64,000 nt of DNA, from NCBI GenBank assembly GCA_022822725.1, contig JAJEAN010000007.1, forward strand, positions 9,435 to 73,434, read 5' to 3'. The DNA comes from Candidatus Latescibacterota bacterium. Lineage in GTDB: Bacteria; JAAXHH01. The notes under the pieces are model-generated. The model saw only the letters and a program-made list of their open reading frames with translations, did no database searches and had not been told where the DNA came from. Of the stretch, positions 38,581 to 48,235 are shown piece by piece. The translations under genes were made by a program, and so were the position numbers. Positions within the stretch are counted from its first letter, which is position 1, and the number at the start of each line of letters is the position of its first letter.

Positions 38581-39942
38581 TTACTTTCCCAGGGCACCGT
38601 CCAGCGTGGCCTGCGCGATCAGGTAGTCGTACTGTGCGCCGGCCAGGTCGGATTTCGCCCGGACCAGGGCCTCCTGTGCCGTAAATACCTCCAGCAGCGT
38701 GCCGGAACCTACCCGGTACCGTTCCTCCGCCAGCCGAAGACTCTCCTCCGAGGCCACGATGTTGTCGTTGCTCAGTGTGATGACTTCCCGGGCCGTCTCC
38801 AGGTCGAGCAAGGCGTTCCGGATGGTCAGCGAGGTCGTCCTGCGCGTCTGGCGCAGCGTTTCCTCCGCGATTAACTGCTGCGCCTGCGCCCGCGAGATAT
38901 CGGCGTAGGTCTGCGTGCCATTCAGGATCGGCAGGCTCAGATTCACGCCGAAAGACAGGCGCCAGTTCTTGTCATAGGTGCCGTACACGTCCTCGAACCG
39001 GGCACCGGACCGGCTGTAGCCTATGCTGCCGGTCACCGTGGGCCAGAGTGATCCCCTGGCCACCCTGGTCCCGATCATCGCGGAACGTATGCGTCCCTCG
39101 TCACGCTGGATGGAGGGATTGGTGAGGTTGGCCATCCGAAGCGCGTCCTGCAGGGACATGAGCGCCGTGGTGTCGAGCGTCCCGTCTTCCAGGGGATCTA
39201 CGATATCGAATGTTTCGCTGGATCCGACGCCCATGACGTTGGCCAGCTGGGCCCGGGCCTGTAACACGGCGTTTTCCTGGTTACGCAGGTTGATCCGCGC
39301 CGCACCGAGCTGGGCCGTGGTCTGGAGCACCTCCACGCGGGCCACGGATCCGATCTCGTACATACTCTGGGTCCGGCGCAGCTGTTCCTCGTTCAGCCGG
39401 ACGTTTTCTTCCGTTACTTCCTTGAGCCGCAGGGCCCGAAGGAGGCCGTAATATCCGGTCTTCACATTCACGACGACCTGGTTCTCGGTACTGTTTTGAG
39501 CGAACTCCTCGCTTTCGGAATCCTGCCTGGCCTGCCGGATCGAGTTCCAGTTTCTCCCGCCGTTGTACAGGTCCATATTCAGGAACACGCTATTCCGGTA
39601 GTCCGTACGTGTACTGCCCGGCGCTTCCCGGAGCACAACGCCTTCGACGATGACCTGGGTATCGCCCGACGTCGTCCGGTTGGCGCCCATGATGGTGGCG
39701 TTGACCCGGGGCATGACGCCGGTATAGGTTCCGAAGAGAGCCGCCTGTTGCACCTCCACCTGTTTCCGGGCGATTTCGATCTGGGGGTTGTTCTGCAGTG
39801 CGATCTGAATGCACTGCTCCATGGTGTACGGTCCGCCCGTGCCGCCGGCGGACCCGGAGACCTGCCCGAGTGCCGCTCCTCCATGGGTGAGCAGGCCGGC
39901 CGCGATCAGGACGGCCCAGCCGATGCCGTATCGTGTCTTCAT
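38581..39942 (-). CDS. TolC-family outer-membrane efflux protein
   Basis: Signal peptide, and two structural repeats of coiled-coil/beta-barrel segments typical of OEP/TolC. Confidence 0.8.
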   Translation of the reverse strand: MKTRYGIGWAVLIAAGLLTHGGAALGQVSGSAGGTGGPYTMEQCIQIALQNNPQIEIARKQVEVQQAALFGTYTGVMPRVNATIMGANRTTSGDTQVIVEGVVLREAPGSTRTDYRNSVFLNMDLYNGGRNWNSIRQARQDSESEEFAQNSTENQVVVNVKTGYYGLLRALRLKEVTEENVRLNEEQLRRTQSMYEIGSVARVEVLQTTAQLGAARINLRNQENAVLQARAQLANVMGVGSSETFDIVDPLEDGTLDTTALMSLQDALRMANLTNPSIQRDEGRIRSAMIGTRVARGSLWPTVTGSIGYSRSGARFEDVYGTYDKNWRLSFGVNLSLPILNGTQTYADISRAQAQQLIAEETLRQTRRTTSLTIRNALLDLETAREVITLSNDNIVASEESLRLAEERYRVGSGTLLEVFTAQEALVRAKSDLAGAQYDYLIAQATLDGALGK

Positions 39943-40111
39943 GGAATTGCTCCTTGTTACGGTGATGAAGAAGTTCCTTAAAATGATCCCTATACTTGAT
40001 TAGACGGAATTCCAACCGAAAACCCGCGCAACAGATCGGTTTATCTGTTAGACCACAGATAACGTGGAAGGTTTCCGGGTAACAAAGCAGGAGAGGAAGG
40101 GCCGGCACCCG

Positions 40112-41251
40112 TCACATGCGGCGTCGCCAGAGGATCCACAGGCCGACCGCGAGGAGGCCCGCGCCCGCACCGATCCACGAGGAGTAGCCTGCGGGAGCGG
40201 GGGATGCGGCGACCGTCGGGTTGATCGTGCAGAGCGAAGTGAGCAGTTCGACGGATTCGCTTACCGCCACGTCACCGATCACCGTGAAGAGCTTTCCGTC
40301 GTAATACCGGCGCAGAATGGAATAGGGGCCACGGTTCCACACGCGCACGTCGCCGTGGACTTCGGGGGTGCCCCGTGGAGACCTGTGCGTCTCGTCGGCT
40401 GAAGCGATCCGCTGGAAGAGCGAGATGCGTGAAAGGCCGTCGCTGTACATGAAATGCACGAGCGGTTCGTCATGGTGCTGGATGACGCGGCGTTGCTGGA
40501 GGGCGAACCCCGGTGGAACGTAGACCGGAGCGTTCAACTTGAACTCCGCCTCCTTCTGCACTTCGCCGATGGATCCGCAGGCAATGACCTGGTTGGTCTC
40601 GACGGACTTGCCCGTCCATTCCTCCGTATCGAAGAGGTCCGGGGAAATCCGCGGATCCTGCTCGAATTCCGACAGGAAGACTTCTTCGACCAGCACGCCC
40701 GCCTCGTTGCGTTCTTCCGTGCGCATCACGAGGCCCGTCTCCTCGTCGATCCAGGCCGTTATGGTCATCCTGCCGGGATGACGGGGCTTGAAAGCGAGGA
40801 CGGCCACCGGACGGTCGAGCAGCCGGTCGGCGGCGGTAATCTCGAGCTCGTAGTTGGTCTGAAGCAGGTCGAGGCTGCTGAACTCCAGGTTCATGTCGAG
40901 TACGTTCGAGTTCGACTGGCGGCGATGTGAGTAGAAAATCGAATCCCCCGAGGCGGTACGCCGGTATATATCATGGTCGACGCGGATGATGACCTCGCGG
41001 GTCCGGCCATCGGCATCGGGGATGTCTATACGGTCGCGGTCCGGACGCTGATGGGTGATGATCTGGACGTAGCGGGTGGTGTCCCCGTCCGCGCTGAACC
41101 GCTGTTTCGTCAGCGTGGCGCGGTAGCTCACCCGGTCCGGGGCTTCCATGATCTTCTGGTAGGTGATGTCCGGATCGACGCCGCGGGCCGGCGAGGTCAT
41201 CGCGATACACGCCGTCGTGACGAAACAAAGGAATACAGGCCGTAACCACAT
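40112..41251 (-). CDS. MucB/RseB-like periplasmic sigma-E regulatory protein with C-terminal TM plus RRRM tail
   Basis: Signal peptide. PPGFALQQRRV...YSDGLSRISLFQRI matches E. coli RseB PQGFSEVSSS...YSDGLFSFSVNVNR. The C-terminus is SPAPAG-[20-aa TM]-RRRM. Confidence 0.6.
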   Translation of the reverse strand: MWLRPVFLCFVTTACIAMTSPARGVDPDITYQKIMEAPDRVSYRATLTKQRFSADGDTTRYVQIITHQRPDRDRIDIPDADGRTREVIIRVDHDIYRRTASGDSIFYSHRRQSNSNVLDMNLEFSSLDLLQTNYELEITAADRLLDRPVAVLAFKPRHPGRMTITAWIDEETGLVMRTEERNEAGVLVEEVFLSEFEQDPRISPDLFDTEEWTGKSVETNQVIACGSIGEVQKEAEFKLNAPVYVPPGFALQQRRVIQHHDEPLVHFMYSDGLSRISLFQRIASADETHRSPRGTPEVHGDVRVWNRGPYSILRRYYDGKLFTVIGDVAVSESVELLTSLCTINPTVAASPAPAGYSSWIGAGAGLLAVGLWILWRRRM

Positions 41252-41261
41252 CTCGAACCAC

Positions 41262-41753
41262 CTATTCCTTGTAGTTGACCATGACGGAACCCAGGGTACC
41301 GCTGGTAAACACGCTTTGGTCCTCGATCAGGGCGTGTTCCTGCAGAATGAAGAACATATCGTCGTCCGAAATCGTACGCTGGACGGACGGCGGCTCGGCC
41401 GGCTGGATCGACTGCCAGATCAGCCCTCCGGCCACCAGTAAAAGCACGGCCGCCGCAGCGATGAACCGGCCGGGCTGCTCGCGAGCTGGCCCGCCCTTTC
41501 CCTTCATGCCCGGCACCATATGGGCATGCGTCGTGCGCTCGAGTACCGCGGTCTGGACTTCCGCTACGGCTACCGCCTCGGGTTTCATCGGACGGCAGCT
41601 GCGCAACATGCCGCGGACGGACTGCAATCCGCGCAATTCCCGCGCGCAATCGGGGCAGGATTCGATATGGCGTGCAATCTCGGCAACTTCCTGGTTGCTG
41701 CACATGCGTTCCAGGTACCGGGTAAGCCGCTTCTTTATCTGATTGCAGTTCAT
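41262..41753 (-). CDS. anti-sigma factor (zf-HC2, single TM)
   Basis: HIESCPDCARELRGL zinc-finger motif. One TM (FIAAAAVLLLVAGGLIW). Confidence 0.8.
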   Translation of the reverse strand: MNCNQIKKRLTRYLERMCSNQEVAEIARHIESCPDCARELRGLQSVRGMLRSCRPMKPEAVAVAEVQTAVLERTTHAHMVPGMKGKGGPAREQPGRFIAAAAVLLLVAGGLIWQSIQPAEPPSVQRTISDDDMFFILQEHALIEDQSVFTSGTLGSVMVNYKE

Positions 41754-41763
41754 GGCGCGTATC

Positions 41764-42435
41764 CTATAAATCGAGATATCCGGCCAGTCGCTTGGACAGC
41801 ACGCGCTTCAACTTGAGCCGTCCGTGATGGAGCCGGGACATCACCGTACCCTCGGGACACTTGAGGATTTCAGCGATCTGCCTGTGTGAGAGGCCTTCCA
41901 GGTCGAACAGCACGACAACGGTCCTGTGCCGCTCCGACAGGGTATCCAGCGCGGCCATGATGGACCGCTTCAGTTCATCGCTTTCCAGCACCTCGTGCGG
42001 GTTCTTCTCGGAAGAGGCCAGGTTGCTTATGAGAAACTGTTGACCGGCGCCGCCGTTCCGCGTGCCGTAATCCGTAAAGGAGAACATGCGGCGACGGGCT
42101 TCCCGCTTGCGGAAGTTGATGCACTTGTTGATCAATATGCGGTATAACCAGGTCGAAAACCTGTACTGCGTGTTGAACCGTTCCCGCGTCCTGAATACTT
42201 CGAGGAATGCGTCCTGGACCAGATCGCGTGCGTCATCGTGACTCGCGAGCATCTGGTACGCGACGGAATAGGCCTTCTCACTGTAGCGCCTCGTCATTTC
42301 GTCGAAGGCAGGGCCGTCACCCGCTTTGGCCCGTTCCATCAACCCGCGTTCTTCCTCGCGCCGATCTTCGCCTGCGCCGTGCGCAACCGGTTTTTTTCTT
42401 TCCTCGACCGAATGTACGTTTTTGACGGTATTCAT
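41764..42435 (-). CDS. ECF-subfamily sigma-70 factor
   Basis: Region 2 (AYSVAYQML...DLVQDAFLEVF) and region 4 (LSHRQIAEILKCPEGTVMSRLHHGRLKL). The true start may be the internal MERAKAGD. Confidence 0.85.
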   Translation of the reverse strand: MNTVKNVHSVEERKKPVAHGAGEDRREEERGLMERAKAGDGPAFDEMTRRYSEKAYSVAYQMLASHDDARDLVQDAFLEVFRTRERFNTQYRFSTWLYRILINKCINFRKREARRRMFSFTDYGTRNGGAGQQFLISNLASSEKNPHEVLESDELKRSIMAALDTLSERHRTVVVLFDLEGLSHRQIAEILKCPEGTVMSRLHHGRLKLKRVLSKRLAGYLDL

Positions 42436-42554
42436 CCGGTTACAGACCCTCCTGATCCGTCACTTCCGTGCCCGTTAATTAAACCCGTATACATATTTTG
42501 GTTCGTTATCTTCAACAATTAAGCCTGCCCAAAGCCCTTCTGAGGTACCGAAAA

Positions 42555-43532
42555 TCAGGCCAGTCCGATCTCGTTGGATTTCCGATACATCTCGAGCGCC
42601 TTGTCGGCCTGTTTGCTTTTGTCGTAGATTGTGCCGAGATACCGGTATGCCTGCTCGTTGCGCGGGTCATGGCGCAGCAGGGCTTCGAAGTGCTCGATCG
42701 CTTCCTCGTGCTTTTCCACGTGACAATAAGCCTTGCCCAGTTGAAGGTGTACCTCGGCCTTCGTCCGGTCCACGTCCAGCGCACGGGAGAGCACCCTGAT
42801 CGCGTCGTCGTACGTACCGATGGTGATGTAGAGCACACCGAGCAGGTAGCAGGCCCGAAAGGAATAGGGGTCGTGTTCCAGGACGCGATGCAGGTCGGCC
42901 CTGGCATCCTCGTATTGTCCCATCTCCACGAACAGTTCCGCCCGGTCGACCAGCGTCTCCAGGTGGCCGGGATCGTTTCCCAGTGCGCGGTTGTAGTGGT
43001 CGAGGGCGGTTTCCTGGGCGCCGAGGCGAAAGTGCATCCTGCCCAGGCAGCCTGTGGCGGTGACATGTCTCGGTTGCCGTTCGAGTATACGCTTGTACTG
43101 CTGGATCGCCTGTTCGATTTTGCCTTTATTCGCCAGGACTTCCGCCCTGGCCAGCATGGCCGACAGATCGTCGGACCGCTCTCTGGGCGTTTCTTCGACC
43201 TGTCTTACCTCCGGGTCGACGGCTACCGGTCCGGTTTGCTCTTCGGATACGGGAGACTGCCGGGCGACGATGTCCTTCAACGTATCGAAGGGATTGAAGT
43301 GGGGGAGGTGGCGGTCGTCCAGTCGCAGTTCCACGTTGGTATTCAGGTCGCGGGCCGTGCGCGCTTTTCGGATCTTCACGTTGAAGGCGCCGAAACGGTG
43401 CAGATTCACCCGCTCGTCCCGGTGCATCGCCTCGGTAACCTCCGACAGGAACCCGTTCAGCACGACTCTTACCTTTCGCCGGGATACCTGCAGACTGGAT
43501 GCCACTTCATTTACAAGCGAATCCCTGTTCAT
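42555..43532 (-). CDS. HU/IHF-family DNA-binding domain fused to C-terminal TPR repeats
   Basis: MNRDSLVNEVASSL...RFGAFNVKIRKARTARDLNTN...FNPFDTLK has the HU fold signature (FG-F, R-x-x-RN arm). Then about 5 TPR units follow (AIQQYKRILERQPRH..., AIEHFEALLRHDPRN...). The listed 82-aa N-terminal extension is rejected. Confidence 0.7.
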   Translation of the reverse strand: MNRDSLVNEVASSLQVSRRKVRVVLNGFLSEVTEAMHRDERVNLHRFGAFNVKIRKARTARDLNTNVELRLDDRHLPHFNPFDTLKDIVARQSPVSEEQTGPVAVDPEVRQVEETPRERSDDLSAMLARAEVLANKGKIEQAIQQYKRILERQPRHVTATGCLGRMHFRLGAQETALDHYNRALGNDPGHLETLVDRAELFVEMGQYEDARADLHRVLEHDPYSFRACYLLGVLYITIGTYDDAIRVLSRALDVDRTKAEVHLQLGKAYCHVEKHEEAIEHFEALLRHDPRNEQAYRYLGTIYDKSKQADKALEMYRKSNEIGLA

Positions 43533-43777
43533 GATGCTCCGATTACGCTGGGGCAAAGCCGCGAACGCTTCCGGAATGCCCGTTACCGACGTGCCAAATT
43601 CTGCGTGCCGTCTCCGACGTGCCCGTTTCCCGATGCCCGTCGCTGCTGATCGGCGGCCGACGCACGGCGAAGTCCGCCGGCGTGGTTCCACGGATGCAGG
43701 ATACGCAAGCGCTTGCCTGAATCGTTTGGCTGTGAGGTGAATCAGTCCTGACACCGAAAATCGGCCGATACCGGCCA

Positions 43778-43815
43778 CATGTCAAGCAAGAATGAGCATG
43801 TCAAGCAAGAATGAC
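43778..43815. repeat. tandem direct repeat, 19-bp x 2 (CATGTCAAGCAAGAATGAS)
   Basis: It lies 32 nt 3' of the PmoA-like gene stop. Confidence 0.85.
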
Positions 43816-43847
43816 AAGAAAGAACGAACAGTACGCGCACATATGCG

Positions 43848-44780
43848 TTACGCCGGGGATCGCTCTTCGGATGCGGACACGTAGGAAAGGTACAGGTCTT
43901 CGATTTCCGCTGCGCCGGCAACCTCGTCTAGCACCAGGAATCCGTAACGGAGATGAAGGCTGTCCGACGCGCTGATCGTAAGGTCTTCTTCCATGAGCGG
44001 CCCGGTGCCCAGGAGATTGCGTCGGGTAAACCAGTGCACCGGGTGGCGAAGGTTCCGCGGATGGTCCATCATCGCCACCATGCCCCCGCGGGCCCCTGCT
44101 GCGGCGACCCACCGGTCCCGCGTTCTCATGATGGCTTCGTGGCCGCTGCGGCCGCTGGCGCTGGTATGGTGCGCATCGGCGAACGGCGGCCCCATGCGCA
44201 GGATCAGCCCGCTGTAACGGGCGGCGCGCGACGCGCCCAGGGTGACTGCTCCCTCCACGGGGGTGATCACCGAGTCGATGAGCCAGAGGCAGCCGCTGAC
44301 CGAGGCGGTCTCCAGGAAATTGAACCGGCGTGCTTCCCTGATTACCGGGCGGCCGTTGCGGTCCAGCCAGGTCAGGCACTCGTCGACGGCGACGCCGGAC
44401 GCGAGGTCGGATACCTCCGTGAATCCATCGTGGCGCTGAATGCCGTGGCTGCCGGGTACGGGAACGTACTTTCCCTGTTCCGGAAGGTACCAGGAACCGC
44501 CCCAGAAGTTCGAATCGTTTACGTGTACCCAGCCGAAATACAACCCCGTGTGCCAGGTGTGGTCTTCGGGCCGGTATTCGCTGATCAAGCCGCCGGAGGG
44601 GGTGTAAACCGGATGAAAACAGGGTTTGGGCGATTCGTCTTCCGGCACCGGGTCGGTCGCGGCGTTGTATCGGCCGAGCAGCTGACGGCCGGTCCCGCCC
44701 GTGAAAACTTCGAAGCCCTTCCCTTCGTTGACTTCGAGACGAAGATGGCTTAGGTTTCTCTTGAATGCGTCCCGGGGCAT
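43848..44780 (-). CDS. PmoA-like (DUF6807) family protein, hypothetical
   Basis: 310 aa, no signal peptide. WHTGLYFGW and the overall pattern recall the DUF6807 family often found next to Gfo/Idh/MocA genes. Recognised at low resolution only. Confidence 0.45.
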   Translation of the reverse strand: MPRDAFKRNLSHLRLEVNEGKGFEVFTGGTGRQLLGRYNAATDPVPEDESPKPCFHPVYTPSGGLISEYRPEDHTWHTGLYFGWVHVNDSNFWGGSWYLPEQGKYVPVPGSHGIQRHDGFTEVSDLASGVAVDECLTWLDRNGRPVIREARRFNFLETASVSGCLWLIDSVITPVEGAVTLGASRAARYSGLILRMGPPFADAHHTSASGRSGHEAIMRTRDRWVAAAGARGGMVAMMDHPRNLRHPVHWFTRRNLLGTGPLMEEDLTISASDSLHLRYGFLVLDEVAGAAEIEDLYLSYVSASEERSPA

Positions 44781-44880
44781 GGCTGGTCCTGTTGAATGGC
44801 TGGGCCGGTGAAATGGCTGGTCCGGTCACCTGGCTGGTCCGGTCACCTGGCTGGACCGCTGAAATTACTGGTCCGGTTTA
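44779..44880. repeat. 17-bp tandem repeat x about 6 (ATGGCTGGTCCGGTCAC-like) in the divergent promoter region
   Basis: It begins at the PmoA-like start codon and ends 47 bp before the TonB-receptor start. Confidence 0.8.
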
Positions 44881-44927
44881 GCCGACATAATGAATCGACG
44901 AACCTGGTGCAGGTCCGATCGGCATTT

Positions 44928-47159
44928 ATGAAGTTCTGCGCGGTACTGTTTTCCCTGCTGTTGATCCCCGCCTCGGCGCAAGCCGCCACGATCAGCGGAT
45001 TCGTCACCGACCGCGACAGCGGCGAGTACCTGCTTGCCGCCAACGTGTTCCTGACCGGCACGTCCCTCGGCGCCCTGAGCAACGATAACGGCTACTACGC
45101 GATTACCGGGATTCCCGAGGGTTCCTACGTGCTCGCCGTGTCCTACATCGGATACGAGACGTACCGGGACACGCTCAGTATCGGTCCCGACGACTATCTC
45201 CAGCGGGACGTGGAACTCGTACCGACCCTGCTGATCGGCGAGGCGGCCGTGGTCGAAGCGGACCGGAACAGAGACGAACGGCTCGCGCAGCCCGGTTTCG
45301 TCGCCCTCCAGGCCGCGGTGCTGAAGGAACTGCCCGCCATCGGCGAGACCGATCTGTTGCGCAGCCTTCAACTCCTCCCGGGCATCCAGGCCTCCTCGGA
45401 CATCAGCAGCGGCCTGTACATACGGGGAGGCGGACCCGACCAGACCCAGATCCTGCTCGACCAGATCCCCCTTTACAACCCCTCCCACGCCTTCGGTTTT
45501 TTCTCCATCTTCAATCCGGAATCCATTAAGGACATGCGCCTGCACAAGAGCGCCTATCCGGCCCACTACGGCGGCGCACTCGGCGCGGTGCTCGACGTGA
45601 CGAACCGCGACGGAAACCGAAACAGCCTCGGCGGATCGGGCGGGATCAGCCTCATCTCGGCGCGCACCATGGTCGAAGGTCCCATCGGGAGCGGATCCTT
45701 CATGGTCTCGGGACGGCGTACGTACCTGGAACCGATCCTGGCCTATATCCGGTCGCGCGTCGAGGACATCCCGGGATACTATTTCTATGATGTAAACGCA
45801 AAAATCAACCAGAATCTGTCCTACTCCGACAACCTGGTCCTGAGCGGATACTTCGGCCGGGACGATCTCAACCTCGAGACTGGCGAGAACAATCTCTTCA
45901 ACGTCCGATGGGGGAATTCGGCGTTTACGGGCAAATGGACGCACCTGTTCTCGCCGACGCTTTTCGGCAATTTCATGGTGTCCGGCAGTGACTACGCGAG
46001 CCGGCTTTCGGCGGATTTCGACGGAACGGAGATCCTGTTCAGGAACAGCATAAGAGACATCAGCGTCAAGGGCGACCTGGACTACGTCGCCGATGGAGAA
46101 CACACGCTGAAGGGAGGTTTCCGCGGCACGTCATACCGGTTCAGATTCACCAGAAGCTTCAACCAGGATGACCAGCTCGACCTCAGGCAGCAACCTTATG
46201 TGATCTCGGCATATGCCCAGGATCAATGGCAGGCGCGGGCTTCCACTTCGGTACGTCTCGGGCTGCGCGCGAACTATTACAGCGAGCGCGAATCGATCGA
46301 CCTGGAGCCGCGCATGTCCATCAGTCATCGGCTGTCCGACGGATTGCGCCTGCAGGTCGGCGGCGGGCGGTACCACCAGTATCTTCAGCTGATTACGACG
46401 GAAGGCTTCAGCGGCGGTGATTTCTGGGTGCCGCTCGACGGGAGCGTGTCCCCCGGACAGGCGTGGCACTTCGTGATCGGCACGAGCTGGGATCCGGCAC
46501 CGAGCTACCGTCTCTCGCTCGAGTCCTACTATCAGCGGCTGCGTAACCTGGTGGTCGTGGACAACACGCGGGCGGTGGGCGGCGAAGAAACCCGGTCGGA
46601 GGATGTGTTCATTACCGGTGGAAGGGGCTATGCCGCGGGCGTGGAGGCGTTCGCGGAGCGCGTGTCGGGCAGGCTGACCGGTTGGATCGGCTATACGCTC
46701 GGATGGACGCGAAGGCAATTCCCGGAAGTGAACCAGGGAAACTGGTTTCCTCCGAAATACGACCGCCGCCACGATCTCGTCGTTTCGGCCAACTACCGGG
46801 CAGGCCGCTGGACATTCGGCGGCAACGTGATCTTCGCGACCGGACAGGCTTTCACGCCTGCCGCCGCCCGTTACGAACTGAGGGAATCGGCGCGAACCGG
46901 CATACGGGAGGACTACTTCCTGCCCACGGACCGCAACACCGCGCGGCTGCTGCCATACCACAGAATGGACCTGAGCGTCAAGCAGGATTTCCGCCTGTTC
47001 GACAGGGATTTTCAGTGGTATCTGCAGGCATTCAACGCATACAACCATCGCAACGAGTGGTTTGTCCAGTATGATACGGAAGAGGAAGGGGTTACGACCG
47101 CGGAAGTCGTGAAGATGCTGCCCATCGTGCCCACTATCGGGCTGAACTACAACTTCTGA
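44928..47159 (+). CDS. TonB-dependent outer-membrane receptor with N-terminal carboxypeptidase-regulatory-like domain
   Basis: Signal peptide MKFCAVLFSLLLIPASAQA, then ISGFVTDRDSGEYLLAANVFL (CarbopepD_reg), a plug domain, and a terminal ...LNYNF. The listed start 44796 lies in the repeat array. Confidence 0.85.
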   Translation: MKFCAVLFSLLLIPASAQAATISGFVTDRDSGEYLLAANVFLTGTSLGALSNDNGYYAITGIPEGSYVLAVSYIGYETYRDTLSIGPDDYLQRDVELVPTLLIGEAAVVEADRNRDERLAQPGFVALQAAVLKELPAIGETDLLRSLQLLPGIQASSDISSGLYIRGGGPDQTQILLDQIPLYNPSHAFGFFSIFNPESIKDMRLHKSAYPAHYGGALGAVLDVTNRDGNRNSLGGSGGISLISARTMVEGPIGSGSFMVSGRRTYLEPILAYIRSRVEDIPGYYFYDVNAKINQNLSYSDNLVLSGYFGRDDLNLETGENNLFNVRWGNSAFTGKWTHLFSPTLFGNFMVSGSDYASRLSADFDGTEILFRNSIRDISVKGDLDYVADGEHTLKGGFRGTSYRFRFTRSFNQDDQLDLRQQPYVISAYAQDQWQARASTSVRLGLRANYYSERESIDLEPRMSISHRLSDGLRLQVGGGRYHQYLQLITTEGFSGGDFWVPLDGSVSPGQAWHFVIGTSWDPAPSYRLSLESYYQRLRNLVVVDNTRAVGGEETRSEDVFITGGRGYAAGVEAFAERVSGRLTGWIGYTLGWTRRQFPEVNQGNWFPPKYDRRHDLVVSANYRAGRWTFGGNVIFATGQAFTPAAARYELRESARTGIREDYFLPTDRNTARLLPYHRMDLSVKQDFRLFDRDFQWYLQAFNAYNHRNEWFVQYDTEEEGVTTAEVVKMLPIVPTIGLNYNF

Positions 47160-47161
47160 CC

Positions 47162-48043
47162 ATGAGGAAAACGATCAGGCTGCCCCGTTGCATTACGTCC
47201 GTTCTCACGGTCGCCCTGCTCGCCGGCCTCGCCACCCATCCGGGTTGTTCGGGGGAGCGGGATCCGTCGACGCTCTTCGGTCCGGCCGAGCGCGAAACCG
47301 TCGTCGTGGACGCCGTGTTGTATGTCGATCATATGCTGCCCGAAATCTTCGTCACCCGCACCCGCACGGCAGACGCGGCGTCGACCGGGGACGCCACCGC
47401 GGTGAACGATGCCGAAGTCACCGTCATACAAGGACTTGCGGAGTACAGGTACGCGAGTGCCGGTCGCCGGGGCCTCTACGTCCCGCCGCACGGCGCGCCT
47501 AGAGTACGGCCCAATACCGAATACCGGCTGCTGGTACGGGCGCTTGGCCGGGAAGTCCGCGGGGTCACTAGAACGCCGGCCCCCCTGGAAATCGACGAGA
47601 TCGCCGTCCTCGAAGAGCCTTCCATGGAGATCATCCGCCGCCTGGATCCCTCATCCTCCGTGGGGAACAGGGTCCCGTACCGGGAGGGGCTGATCGAAGT
47701 CCGTTTCGATCCGCTCGACGTGGAAGCCTACCAGGTGATCGTCCTGGAACCCGGTTCAGACGACGGGGGTTCTCCTCCACTGGAAGCGCGGGACGGTCGG
47801 CTGCTGCTGCCCTGGTTCGCCATCGGATCCTCCGGAGCCCACAAAGTCGAAGTGTACGCGCTGGACCGGAACCTGTTCGATTTCCTTCGAAGCGTGGAGG
47901 CTTCCGGGCAGAACGCCTTCGGCTTCGGCAGCCTGGCGGGCGATACCTTCGAAAGGCCGGTTTTCAATCTCGACGGCGGGATCGGCGTATTCGGTTCGGC
48001 CTCCCTGGATACCTTCGGCTTTTTCGTCATACCGAAAAACTGA
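47162..48043 (+). CDS. DUF4249-family lipoprotein (TonB-receptor companion)
   Basis: Lipobox HPGCSG. Placed 3 nt downstream of the TonB receptor, the usual arrangement for DUF4249. Confidence 0.6.
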   Translation: MRKTIRLPRCITSVLTVALLAGLATHPGCSGERDPSTLFGPAERETVVVDAVLYVDHMLPEIFVTRTRTADAASTGDATAVNDAEVTVIQGLAEYRYASAGRRGLYVPPHGAPRVRPNTEYRLLVRALGREVRGVTRTPAPLEIDEIAVLEEPSMEIIRRLDPSSSVGNRVPYREGLIEVRFDPLDVEAYQVIVLEPGSDDGGSPPLEARDGRLLLPWFAIGSSGAHKVEVYALDRNLFDFLRSVEASGQNAFGFGSLAGDTFERPVFNLDGGIGVFGSASLDTFGFFVIPKN

Positions 48044-48051
48044 AACGGCCC

Positions 48052-48093
48052 GCCCCCGGCTGGCTCGCGCCGCCCCCCGGCTGGCTCGTGCCG
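48052..48093. repeat. tandem direct repeat, 19-20-bp x 2 (CCCGGCTGGCTCGYGCCG)
   Basis: It lies 9 nt 3' of the DUF4249 stop. Confidence 0.8.
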
Positions 48094-48235
48094 TCGAATT
48101 GCGCTGGCCCGACGGGGTGCTGCCCGGCCAAATGCTCCGGCGGGTCCGTTGCTTTGACAAATCCCTCCCCGCCGCCTATCTTCCATTGCCCGGTCCATTC
48201 GTAAATCATCACCTTCCAGCGCACTGTGCGGCTCC

